From positions 1 to 64,000 of the forward strand of contig JAYGDX010000185.1 in assembly GCA_046582655.1 (NCBI GenBank): a stretch of 64,000 bases of DNA, read 5' to 3'. Position numbers and translations under genes: made by a program. A model generated the notes under the pieces. It had not been told where the DNA came from and made no database searches. It saw only the letters and a program-made list of their open reading frames with translations. This document shows, piece after piece, positions 32,673-42,537 of the stretch; positions within the stretch are counted from its first letter, which is position 1, and each line of letters opens with the position of its first letter. This DNA comes from Candidatus Poribacteria bacterium. GTDB lineage: Bacteria > Poribacteria > WGA-4E > UBA9662.

Positions 32673-35258
32673 TTATCGATTAAACAAGAATGAAGGGCTG
32701 TTGATTAAGGCCCACAAAAGATCCTGAGCACCTTCAACTTGAGACTCAGCTTTGGAAAGATAATCAACGGCTTTGCCCGATTCAGTCTCACTTGGCATGC
32801 GACAAAGCGTCGCCAAGTAAAGTTCCTTAACCAAAGTGCGGTTGTCAATCTTCTTCTTTGTCAGTTGAACAATGCGACCTTGCGGGTCGATAATAGCATT
32901 GGCGATAGTTGGGCCATTAATTAAGTTGAGTGCGTGTGATAAACTGACCTGTGTCGATCTTTCACATTCACAGGATGACTCACGTTCAGGTCGGCCAAAA
33001 AGCTTCAGAAAACCGCCGTCATCCAGATTGCTGTCGGGCAACTGAACCGAACGGAATCCTTTGGGGACACCTGAAAAATTTGGTTGACTTCCAGTAGCGA
33101 GAGAAACTGCATCCAGCATTTGCTCTGCGGTCAATCTCCTGGGTATTGCGTGCGAAAAATTGATTTCGTCTTCTTGGTTCCAGCGATTTGTTTTAATGCT
33201 TTGCTGGTATGTCCGAGATGTGATGATTGTACGCATCAAGTGTCTCAGATCAAAACTATTTTCGATAAAATCTTCGGTCAGGGCATCAAGTAGTTCCGCG
33301 TTACTGGGAGGATTACTCGATCTGATGTCATCAACCGGCTCAACGATACCACGTCCCAAGAAATAACTCCAGACACGGTTGACCATAGATTTTGCGAACC
33401 AAGGATTGTCCTTTGAGACCAACCAATTGGTAATGGATTCACGGGGGTCATCTCCAATTTTCTCGGCCGAGCCAAACGGCACATTAGCCGGTACAATTGC
33501 CCCAGTCTTTGGGTGTTTCACACCACCATTAACACTATAATTATTATAAACGATCTGCTCACCTGGCAGTTGTCCTCTTTTAATACCAACTTCGCTAAAG
33601 TAAGATCCAAGCTCATAATATTGGTTTTGTGTCCATTTTTCAAACGGATGATCATGACATTTAGCACAGGCAAACCTTACACCCAAGAAAAGCTGCGTCG
33701 CATTTTCAACTGCGACATCTGGTTGATAGATAGTTTTGTCGGTTGTCACAAGATGATAATTTGCCGCTGGATTCCGATAGGTACTACCGGAGGCCATTAG
33801 CAGGTCACGAACGAATGTATCATAAGGTTTATTTTCAGCAACAGAATCATAAATCCATTTTCGGAAAAGCCAAACGCCCTTTTCTCCGAGGAATTTGCGA
33901 TTACATTGCAATAAGTCAGCCCACTTATGCGTCCAGTTCTCAATATATTCAGGTTGACCGATCAGATAATCAATTAATTCTTCGCGTTTTTTTCTTGAAT
34001 TCGCATGGTCGTCCAAAAATGCCTGAACTTGATCTGGAGTCGGTGGAACACCGGTTAGGTCGAGATACAAACGCCGAATAAATTCGGCATCAGTACAAAG
34101 ATCCGATGGTAAAACACGAACACGTTTTAGTTTGTCATAAACCAGTTCATCAATGTAATTGTACTGAGATACTTCTACCCACTTAAACCCGGATCTATCG
34201 CCAATAACAATTATTTCGCTGGTGCTGTACAGGCTCTCATACCGAACCAGTATAACCGCCTCTCCACGCCGCGTAGCGTTGACAACCCCAGAATCTGATA
34301 TTGTGGCGACATCTGGCAGACTACTCTCATATATAGCATCTCGTGTTACGTCCCGAGAGGTGCCATCCGGATAGTGGGCAATAACGATCAATTGCTGTTC
34401 CATGCCGGGTGAATGAATTTCTGTAGCATTTGGAATAACCTCAAGACGAGAAACCTTTTCGGTGGTGACCACATCGGATTTCACTCCTTCAGCAATCCAT
34501 TGGTGAAAGATCTCGTAATGACGTGAATCAGCTTCTATAGCCTGACCTCCTCCGTGTGGAACACCCTGTGTCGGCTTAAGAAGCATAAGGCTCTGCGCTG
34601 GTCTAGCCCGATTAAAGCGGCGCCCTGATAAATCTGTGATTAGCGTTTGGTAGTCAAGATCAGGATCATATCCCCGCAAGGAGAGTTTGAATCCATTTTT
34701 ACCCTTAGCTGCGCCGTGGCAGGTTCCCGCATTACAGCCAACTTTACTGATGACCGGCATTACATCACGGACAAAGCTGACCGGTTGCGTATCGACACTC
34801 TTTACGTTCACCGGCAAATCGATGGAATGGTGACGAAACGCAACTTTAATAGTTGCCCAACCGACTGCGACAGGGTGAATGTAACCATCACTATCGATTT
34901 TAACTTTGGTGTCAGCAGTTGTGAAACTTGATTCCTTTGATAGGTCAATCCAGTATCCGTCTGATGTCAAGCCAGAAATCATGACACAACGAACATCGTG
35001 TTTTCCCTCAAGAACCAGTGCCTCAGGTAGGGATCTTAACTTGGAAATTTCCGGGATCTCGATATTGACTGCTGTTTGATCGGAATTAACATTTATATTG
35101 AAACATAGGTTGAGGATTAACATAAGTAAAATCCCCAAAACAGATAGCGGCACTTTCATGGATTCACCTCGCTTACAAAAACATACAACATATACATTGA
35201 AACATAGGTTGAGAATTAACATAAGTAAAATCCTCAAAACAGATAGCGGCACTTTCAT
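32673..35258 (-). CDS. DUF1549/DUF1553 protein with Ig-like domains and CxxCH-type motif (alternative start at 35159)
   Basis: GCNAGTCHG, FIRRLYLDLTG, CAKCHDHP, VNRVWSYFLGRGIVEPVDD, SCECER, DLLWALINS. Confidence 0.9.
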   Translation of the reverse strand: MKVPLSVLRILLMLILNLCFNVYVVCFCKRGESMKVPLSVLGILLMLILNLCFNINVNSDQTAVNIEIPEISKLRSLPEALVLEGKHDVRCVMISGLTSDGYWIDLSKESSFTTADTKVKIDSDGYIHPVAVGWATIKVAFRHHSIDLPVNVKSVDTQPVSFVRDVMPVISKVGCNAGTCHGAAKGKNGFKLSLRGYDPDLDYQTLITDLSGRRFNRARPAQSLMLLKPTQGVPHGGGQAIEADSRHYEIFHQWIAEGVKSDVVTTEKVSRLEVIPNATEIHSPGMEQQLIVIAHYPDGTSRDVTRDAIYESSLPDVATISDSGVVNATRRGEAVILVRYESLYSTSEIIVIGDRSGFKWVEVSQYNYIDELVYDKLKRVRVLPSDLCTDAEFIRRLYLDLTGVPPTPDQVQAFLDDHANSRKKREELIDYLIGQPEYIENWTHKWADLLQCNRKFLGEKGVWLFRKWIYDSVAENKPYDTFVRDLLMASGSTYRNPAANYHLVTTDKTIYQPDVAVENATQLFLGVRFACAKCHDHPFEKWTQNQYYELGSYFSEVGIKRGQLPGEQIVYNNYSVNGGVKHPKTGAIVPANVPFGSAEKIGDDPRESITNWLVSKDNPWFAKSMVNRVWSYFLGRGIVEPVDDIRSSNPPSNAELLDALTEDFIENSFDLRHLMRTIITSRTYQQSIKTNRWNQEDEINFSHAIPRRLTAEQMLDAVSLATGSQPNFSGVPKGFRSVQLPDSNLDDGGFLKLFGRPERESSCECERSTQVSLSHALNLINGPTIANAIIDPQGRIVQLTKKKIDNRTLVKELYLATLCRMPSETESGKAVDYLSKAESQVEGAQDLLWALINSPSFLFNR

Positions 35259-35292
35259 GGATTCACCTCGCTTACAAAAACATACAACATAT
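35097..35292. repeat. Tandem duplication with 99-bp period covering RBS, ATG and signal peptide
   Basis: Copies begin at 35097 and 35196 and differ by two substitutions (GAGGATT/GAGAATT; ATCCCC/ATCCTC). Confidence 0.95.
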
Positions 35293-35309
35293 CATTGACA
35301 GTAAAAAAA

Positions 35310-36941
35310 TCAGTTCCTGATTTCCGCATTGAAACCAGTTGCCTTAACGGCAGCACGTAATTCGTCAACCGTAACCTGATTCTCTTTCAATGTTAGAATG
35401 GCATTATCCGGAAGAGAAACCTTCACATTAATCACTCCTGACACCTTAGTAAGTGCACCCTGCACTTTAGCCACACAAGCACCTCAGGTCATACCATTAA
35501 TGACTAATTTGATTTCTGCTGTGGCTTCTTCTTTTACTTTGATATTTTCTACTTTCTCGATACTTGTCGACTCAGAATCAAGCGGCACGGGTATAAATTC
35601 TCCCATTAATTTCCCGGAATCTAGATTGAATATTCGAACTTGACCATCGAATCCACCAATTGCAACTTGATTCTTGCTTGGATGAAATGCAATAATGAAA
35701 ACAGCGGTCGAGTCAGCATCAAGCGTCATAATACGACTGCCATCTGCCACCTTGTATATTCGAACCTCACCACCAACAGCACCTACGGCAATTTGCGATC
35801 CATCCGGACTGAAGGCAACCGCATTTATTACATCTGACTGGCGTTCAAAGGCGCGAATGAGATTGAAGTCGGTATTACCGACATCACGTCGCTTTTGACG
35901 GAAAATTCTGTAGAGTCGTGGAACCCTATCTTTGCCGCCAGATAAAACTTGGTCCAACTTTGGATGACGCGCGATTGTATGGATTGGTCCCAACCCTTTA
36001 TTACTGGCATTGATATCATCAATGAAGGATCCACTTTTAACTTCAGTGAGTTTTAACGCTGTGTCACGCCCCCCGGTAACAAAATGGCTGCCATCAGTAG
36101 TAAACAGCGTGCCCAAAACCCAATCACTATGGTTATCGAAACGTACCAATTCCTTCTGATCTCTGATTGAAACGATACGCGCGGTTTCGTCAGTACAACC
36201 AAAAGCGAGAAGTTTATTGTCAGGTGATAGCGATGCCCCGTAGATTGTGTCATATGTTGATTCAAATGAGTGAATCAGCTTATTTGTAGCAGTGTCCCAC
36301 ATTTGGACTTCACCGAATCTGGCAGGCGTTCCCCCAACAACTACCAACATCTTACTATCGGAGGCATAAACAATGGATTCGATTCGATCAGATTTTCCAA
36401 GCAACCGAGCCAACAGTTGGGATCCATCTGATTTGTGCAAGAGGACCTCGCGATAACCAGAGACCGCGATAACATCACCATCAGGTGAATAAGCCAAGGA
36501 AGAAATCACCGGTGGAATTGAGTATTGAGGCGGTTCCATTATTGAATCAGCATCCACATTTGGTGTATCGTTGACTGCTCCTTCATCGATCCAGCGGCGA
36601 AAAAGCTCAATCTCTACTGGCATCAGTGGATCACCTTCCATTGGCATGGACGGTGGATCCCCGGAAATCAAGCCAAGGATTAGACTTTGATCAGGTTGTC
36701 CAGCTATAAAAGCTTTTCCTTTAGATCCGCCTCGACGAAAATCTCTATAAGAAGTAAGAATCAAATCCCCACGAGCCTGACTAGGTTGATGGCATCCCTG
36801 GCAACTACGCTGTAAAATCGGTCGGATGTCTTGATAGTAACTGACTGGTAAATCCGACCAGGCGGAATTACCAATCAAAACCGTCAAAAACATAGTCATA
36901 AAGTACTGAAAGCAATAAGCTAAAGTTAACCTTACATTCAT
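35310..36941 (-). CDS. Exported planctomycete-type cytochrome c + WD40 protein with C-terminal HMA domain read through an in-frame TGA (candidate selenoprotein, 543 aa)
   Basis: SCQGCH heme motif; WD40 repeats; IKLVINGMT[TGA]GACVAKVQGALTKVSGVINVKVSL...ELRAAVKATGFNAEIRN* ending at 35310. Confidence 0.8.
35451..35467 (-). promoter_or_regulatory. Bacterial SECIS-like hairpin downstream of the in-frame UGA
   Basis: mRNA AAGUGCA-GGG-UGCACUU: perfect 7-bp stem from +17 to +33 after the UGA, G-only loop at +24 to +26. Confidence 0.65.
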
Positions 36942-37098
36942 CTCTTAATATAGGACTAAATTTAAAAGTCTAGGAAACTTGGAGATTTGATCAGTCTTGA
37001 TATAACCTCTTAGCAAGGCATACAAAATTCATTTGAGTTGAGGGAGTATACATTAAAGGGAACTTTAAAAGAAAACTTTTATTTATCAATAAGTAAAT

Positions 37099-38030
37099 TT
37101 AATTCTGGTGCTCAGACAGAAATCGACTAATCTGTTCATCAGTGGCCATGGAGGGCGCCGCTCCCAATACAGTTGTCGCTAAAGCGCCTGCTGCATTGGC
37201 AAAACCAACGGAGGATTCAATAGAGTAACAGCCAAGGCACCACAAAACGCATCGCCAGCAGCAGTCGTATCGACCACATCTACTTCATAAGCTGGAATTG
37301 CTTTGGTAAATTCATTTGTTAAAAGCAACGCTCCTTGATCTCCAAGTGTCAGTATCACGGCTTCCACCCCTTTATCGATCAGGATTCTGGCAGCCTGCAC
37401 GGCTGTTGCCTGATTCACCACTTTGATTCCAGTAAAAAACTCGGTCTCAGTTTCATTTGGTGTCAACAGATCCACGTGATCAAGAAAATGATCGGGGAAC
37501 TCAAGAGCGGGGGCAGGATTTAAAATCACTTTACCGCCATGTAACTTGACGATTTTCGCCGCTTGAAGTGACGCTTCAAGCGGAACTTCGAGTTGTAGAA
37601 GTAGTATATCCGCCTCCGAGAGTGCAGACTCAGCTTGATCTATGTCCTCAACACTCAAACGCATATTCGCACGCGGGATTGCGATAATGCTATTGTCACC
37701 CTGAGCGTCAATAACCGGAGATCCGACGCCGGTGCCAACCTCCGAGTCTCGTACCACGAAACGACTATCAATTTTTTCTTCCTCTAAGGTCTCCATGAAA
37801 CTGTCGCCAAACAGATCCGCTCCCAAACGCCCAACCATGGTGACATCTACTCCAAGACGGGATGCAATAATAGCTTGATTACATCCTTTACCACCGACGA
37901 ACATGCCAAAACTTTCACCTATCAGGGTTTCCCCTGTTCTTGGTCGTCTTTCGGCTTTGATCACCAGATCCATCATGAAACTTCCGACGACAACAATTTT
38001 CGTTTTCTTCACTCCCATCACACTTCCCAA
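37099..38030 (-). pseudogene. rbsK: Ribokinase, frameshifted near the 3' end (~37220)
   Basis: GGKGCNQA, LLQLEVP, PNETE, DTTAAGDAFCG; the native C-terminus SIESSVGFANAAGALATTVLGAAPSM...* is in another frame. Confidence 0.85.
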
Positions 38031-38258
38031 TTTTTCTATTGCCTAGAAACGGTTATAACAATACTAAGTAATTTCTGTCAATCTGACAACCCCATACACA
38101 ATAAATATTATAGACATTGAATTTATCGTATTTTGGTTTGTCCAATATGTTTGCTAGTTTATCATTAATGAATTATCTAAAAGCGCTTTGCCAATCAGAA
38201 TATTCTTCGCAGCATCGAGATTAAGATGAGTTTCAAGTTATTAAGAACAGAGAACAAC

Positions 38259-39053
38259 CTACCAGGCGCGTGAACCACCGGCATTCATGGCCAAGTTTCC
38301 ACCATCCATAGGCACTAGCGCACCCGTTATCCAAGTTGAGGCGTCAGAAGCAAGGAAGACGGCTAATCCTTTGATGTCATCTGACACGCCCAATCGACCG
38401 GCTGGAATACCGTTTAGGTAAGTAGTTTCTAAATTAGGGTCGGCTTCCATACGTGCTTTTAAGCCTTTATTGATTACCTGTGCTGGTAGTATGGCGTTAA
38501 CACGAACTCCCCGTCCACTCCATTCTGTACTTAGCTCGCGGGTCATCTGAGCTACTGCTCCCATGGCCATACTGTAAGCAATATGTCCGCGACCAAGTGC
38601 GGTGATGCTAGCTAGAGAGCCAATATTTATAATACTGCCCTTGCCAGCAGCCAGCATGCGCCTTCCTGCTTCTTGGCAGCAACAGAATCGTCCAATCACC
38701 AGCGATTGTAAAACCTTTTGTACTTGTTCCATGGTCACCTCTTCCGGTCTGGCCAAAACACCTTCACCTGCTACATTGCCAAGGATGTCAATCCTGCCGT
38801 ACTCTTGATCTAATTGGTTAAACATCGTACGGATCAGATCAGGTTGTGATACATCGCAGGTAATTGGTAACACGCATCTCCCCAAATTCTCAATCTGTGC
38901 AGCTGTATTCTCCATTCCTTCGGTATTAATATCTGCTAACATTAAATCTGCCCCAGCTTCAGCAAAGCCAAGTGCCATGGCACGTCCCATTCCGCTAGCT
39001 GCTCCAGACACAAGTGCGACACGTCCGCTCAGATCAAACAATGAATAGATCAT
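38259..39053 (-). CDS. Short-chain dehydrogenase/reductase (SDR)
   Basis: SGAASGMG, GSIINIGS, GVRVNAILP; YSMAM replaces YxxxK; GGAGG RBS. Confidence 0.88.
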   Translation of the reverse strand: MIYSLFDLSGRVALVSGAASGMGRAMALGFAEAGADLMLADINTEGMENTAAQIENLGRCVLPITCDVSQPDLIRTMFNQLDQEYGRIDILGNVAGEGVLARPEEVTMEQVQKVLQSLVIGRFCCCQEAGRRMLAAGKGSIINIGSLASITALGRGHIAYSMAMGAVAQMTRELSTEWSGRGVRVNAILPAQVINKGLKARMEADPNLETTYLNGIPAGRLGVSDDIKGLAVFLASDASTWITGALVPMDGGNLAMNAGGSRAW

Positions 39054-39102
39054 GATCTGCAAGAACCTCCCAACTGCCCAGTTATTGTTGTGTAATGCCT
39101 CT

Positions 39103-40179
39103 TTAATCCGAATCAATCCCCCGACGGTTAGCCAGCGAACGAGACGTCAGATCGAAGAAAGTCCCGTGACCATGGAAGAAACGATCCAATTCATCTACCA
39201 TCAATCCAAATGACTCTCGATATTGGTTGCCTGTGAAATAAGCAAAATGTGGTGTCAGAAACACGTTAGGGAGATGGATAATTTCACTATCTGGCGGAAT
39301 TGGTTCCGGATCGAAAACATCCAGACCTGCCACGATATCCCCCCGCTTTAGTCTTTCAATCAGTGCTTCAGAATCGATAATAGCTCCCCGCGAGACATTC
39401 ACCAGTACGGTGCCCGAAGGGATAAGATTGAGCTCATTCAGCCCAATCATTCCACGAGTCTTCGGTGTCAAAGGTGCTAGGCAGACAATCACCTGGCATT
39501 TTGACAGGATATTTTCTAACGAAGTCTGCAGAAATCCTAGAGCTTCGGCCATCTCCCTTGGGAGGTAGGGATCGTACACCCAGATCTCCGTTTCAAATGG
39601 GTGTAGGTACTTCATTAAGCGCCGCCCTATATGCCCACAACCAATTAGCCCGACCCGTTTCCCAGTCAATAAACCGCCCGCGTATTTGAGCGCATCTGGA
39701 TCCATGCTGGTACGACCAGCAATGATACGACGGAATTGGGCGCCGGCGTTACGTAATGAAATCAGGATTAAAGCCAAAGCCCATTCTGATACTGGATAAG
39801 ACGATCCATTAGTCGTATCTACCGTGCAGATGTCTCGTTCCCAAGCTGCCTCTAAGTCAACACGATTGGCAAAACGATCATCCTCTAATTCGCCAATAAT
39901 CTTTAAGTTCGAAGCAGCATCCATTATTTCAGAACTTATCATGGGAGAACCATGACTAATAATAAGACCATCAGCGCTATTGATGGACTCTAAGAATTTT
40001 GCGGTTCGAGATTTTTCATCTAGGTTGTTGCCGTCCTCACAGGGAAACCACTCCCAAGTAGCAAATTTTTCGAGTCTTTGCACATCCTCCGGTGCAACAT
40101 AGGCATCGTAAATCCCCTGATTACACACCAACAGAATTTTAGGATAAGAATTTGCTGTCAAGTACCCTCCCTCCATCAC
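39103..40179 (-). CDS. D-isomer-specific 2-hydroxyacid dehydrogenase (probable start TTG 40161)
   Basis: GLIGCGHIG, LVNVSRG, AGLDVFDPEP, LTPHFA. Confidence 0.88.
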   Translation of the reverse strand: MMEGGYLTANSYPKILLVCNQGIYDAYVAPEDVQRLEKFATWEWFPCEDGNNLDEKSRTAKFLESINSADGLIISHGSPMISSEIMDAASNLKIIGELEDDRFANRVDLEAAWERDICTVDTTNGSSYPVSEWALALILISLRNAGAQFRRIIAGRTSMDPDALKYAGGLLTGKRVGLIGCGHIGRRLMKYLHPFETEIWVYDPYLPREMAEALGFLQTSLENILSKCQVIVCLAPLTPKTRGMIGLNELNLIPSGTVLVNVSRGAIIDSEALIERLKRGDIVAGLDVFDPEPIPPDSEIIHLPNVFLTPHFAYFTGNQYRESFGLMVDELDRFFHGHGTFFDLTSRSLANRRGIDSD

Positions 40180-40246
40180 TTGAGGAATTGGTTAATTATG
40201 CATAACCTTATGGCTCGTTTGACAATGTATGATACCATGGTGCATG

Positions 40247-41224
40247 TTAAGCGTATTTCCTTATTTCTTCTGGATTCGACACCTTATCCAGAACGGCGCG
40301 TTCTTCTGAATCTAATTTGTAGTCCAGGCCACCGAAAATCTCATCCACATGCTCAGGTAGATCTGCTCCCAGGATTGGAGTTACGCTTTCGTGGTCAAGT
40401 ATCCAGGATATAGCTACCTGCGCGGGTGTCTTTCTATGCTTTTCACCGATGGCGATGAGTGTTTGTACAATCTGATCTACCTGCTCGGTCATAGCATCTT
40501 CAAAATTGTACTTTCCTGGACTTAGACCTTGGAGTTCGTCTTTACTCCAAGGTGTATTCGCCGGTGGTTTCTGTCCACGGCGAAAAAGCCCGCTCAACAA
40601 ACCAATTGCCAACGGACTATAAGTCATGATGCCTAAACCAAACTCGTGACACAGAGGCATCAAATCGGGTTCCAGTTCATGACGGTTGATCAGGTTATAC
40701 TGGTTTTGGATGCAGATAAATGCCTCCAGATTACGAACGTCAGAGATCCAAAGGGCTTCCATGATCTTCCACGCTCGAAAATTGCTGCAGCCGATGTAGC
40801 GAACCTTTCCTTGTCGCACCATGTTATCCAGGGCACGGAGAGTTTCTTCCAAAGGAGCTTTGGCATCAAACGCATGCAGTAGGTAAAGATCAATGTGATC
40901 AGTCTGAAGTCGCCTTAAACTATCTTCAACCGCGCGCATAAGACTCAATCGGGACAATCCCGTGTGATTTGGACTATTGCCAATAGAACCCATGACTTTG
41001 GTGCAGATCACAATATCATCCCGTTTTCCCTCTAAAGCTTTCCCTACAAAGGTCTCTGACCTTCCTTCACCATAGAGTGCGGTGTCGATGAAATTACATC
41101 CTAAATCTATGGCTCGGTTTATGACATCTATACAGACGTTCGCGTCTTTCTGACCACGAAAGGCGGTACCCAGACAGACTCTGGACACCTTTATACCAGT
41201 CCTACCGAGATTTTGATGTTCCAT
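40247..41224 (-). CDS. Aldo/keto reductase
   Basis: LGRTGIKVSRVCLGT, FIDTA, DHIDLYLLH, GKVRYIGCSN. Confidence 0.92.
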   Translation of the reverse strand: MEHQNLGRTGIKVSRVCLGTAFRGQKDANVCIDVINRAIDLGCNFIDTALYGEGRSETFVGKALEGKRDDIVICTKVMGSIGNSPNHTGLSRLSLMRAVEDSLRRLQTDHIDLYLLHAFDAKAPLEETLRALDNMVRQGKVRYIGCSNFRAWKIMEALWISDVRNLEAFICIQNQYNLINRHELEPDLMPLCHEFGLGIMTYSPLAIGLLSGLFRRGQKPPANTPWSKDELQGLSPGKYNFEDAMTEQVDQIVQTLIAIGEKHRKTPAQVAISWILDHESVTPILGADLPEHVDEIFGGLDYKLDSEERAVLDKVSNPEEIRKYA

Positions 41225-41304
41225 GCAGTTCTCCTTAAAATTGCTGGGTTTTAGCAGATGGATAAAATTTTTCTGTCAAAGTATATGACCTTCAGAAAAT
41301 CACC

Positions 41305-42537
41305 TTAGTTGATTTCCAATATCTCGTCAATTTCCTTTTGATAATCGTAGACTTGGCAATTTTCCACTTCCTGCATCTTGACTGTCCGTCCAGCTTTAGC
41401 TGACTCGAATATGGCGTAGACAGCAGCTACGTCCTTCATCCCTTCAACGCCGTTCACTTCTATTTGGCGGTCGTTCAAGATAGCTTCAGCCAATTCGTAA
41501 TACTCAAGTGCTATGATTTTCCAATCGACGTTATCCGTTGCAATTCGGTCTGGAAAGAAATGTTCCGCCAACGGTTCCAGAGAGAATCCGTCTACGACAG
41601 TTAAAATCTCTTGATGTCCCATCTCAGCTTGTTCCGCCAGCTGCATAACGGCTCTGCCACCACGAGTACCGAAACTTTTCAACACACCTTTGGTACCCAG
41701 AATCATCTGGCCTCCGTAATTACCATGCCCACCTAGACCAACGATCCAGTTGACAGTTGCACCATTCTCCATCTTGAACATAGCTATCGAATTGTCTTCA
41801 GCAGTAGCTGGTACTTCCGATGCCATAGCCTTGAACCGTTTCTGATAGAAAGTGTAGTTGTCACCGATGCTCTCTTGCTTCTTTCTTACCGGTTCAATCA
41901 ATCGTATATCGCCATAGACTTCCTCAATATCACCTAGTTGATAGCGAATTAAGTCGGTAAAGTGAACGCCCATATCGATGATAGGTCCCCCTTTATCTTT
42001 AAGATGCCTCCAAGGAGTAATAAAAATGGTGTTATTCCCACTGAGCGAATGGAATAACGCCATGTAGGGGACGCCAATGGTTTCGGTTTTCAAGAGGTGA
42101 TGAACCAAACGGGCAGAGGCATCGCGCCGATAGTTCTCCGCTACTGACAACTTGCGGTTGTTCCGTTCGGCGGCTTCAATCATTTTATGACAGGCTTGCA
42201 CAGTAATGGCCATTGGTTTCTCTACCATCACATGCATCCCCAAATCCAGCGCTTGACATACCACTTGATGGTGTACTGAAGGATCAGTTACCACATCCAC
42301 AGCGGTTAGATCCGGCACTCTTTGAACCATTTCCTCTAGGTCAGTAAAAATCTCCGGACACGTTCCCAATAACTGCTCAGCTTCTGTCGCGGCTAATTCG
42401 GCATTCTCACGATGAATATCGCAGACTGCGCAGAGCTCAACATTATTGAAGGGGGTTTGTGCCAGCTCCTGCAAACCATAGAGATGACGCGTTCCCATTC
42501 CACCGCAACCAACCAACCCTATTCTTATTTTATCCAT
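41305..42537 (-). CDS. Gfo/Idh/MocA oxidoreductase
   Basis: GLVGCGGMG, HVMVEKP, DMGVH. Confidence 0.9.
   Translation of the reverse strand: MDKIRIGLVGCGGMGTRHLYGLQELAQTPFNNVELCAVCDIHRENAELAATEAEQLLGTCPEIFTDLEEMVQRVPDLTAVDVVTDPSVHHQVVCQALDLGMHVMVEKPMAITVQACHKMIEAAERNNRKLSVAENYRRDASARLVHHLLKTETIGVPYMALFHSLSGNNTIFITPWRHLKDKGGPIIDMGVHFTDLIRYQLGDIEEVYGDIRLIEPVRKKQESIGDNYTFYQKRFKAMASEVPATAEDNSIAMFKMENGATVNWIVGLGGHGNYGGQMILGTKGVLKSFGTRGGRAVMQLAEQAEMGHQEILTVVDGFSLEPLAEHFFPDRIATDNVDWKIIALEYYELAEAILNDRQIEVNGVEGMKDVAAVYAIFESAKAGRTVKMQEVENCQVYDYQKEIDEILEIN

Noticed and set aside
35097..35292. CRISPR array
   Set aside because: Only two contiguous 99-bp units with no unique spacers and no cas genes.
35484..35486. 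Genome-wide UGA reassignment (Trp or Gly) as the reason for readthrough
   Set aside because: sucC, sucD and murA end with TGA at their expected C-termini, so UGA is a normal stop here.
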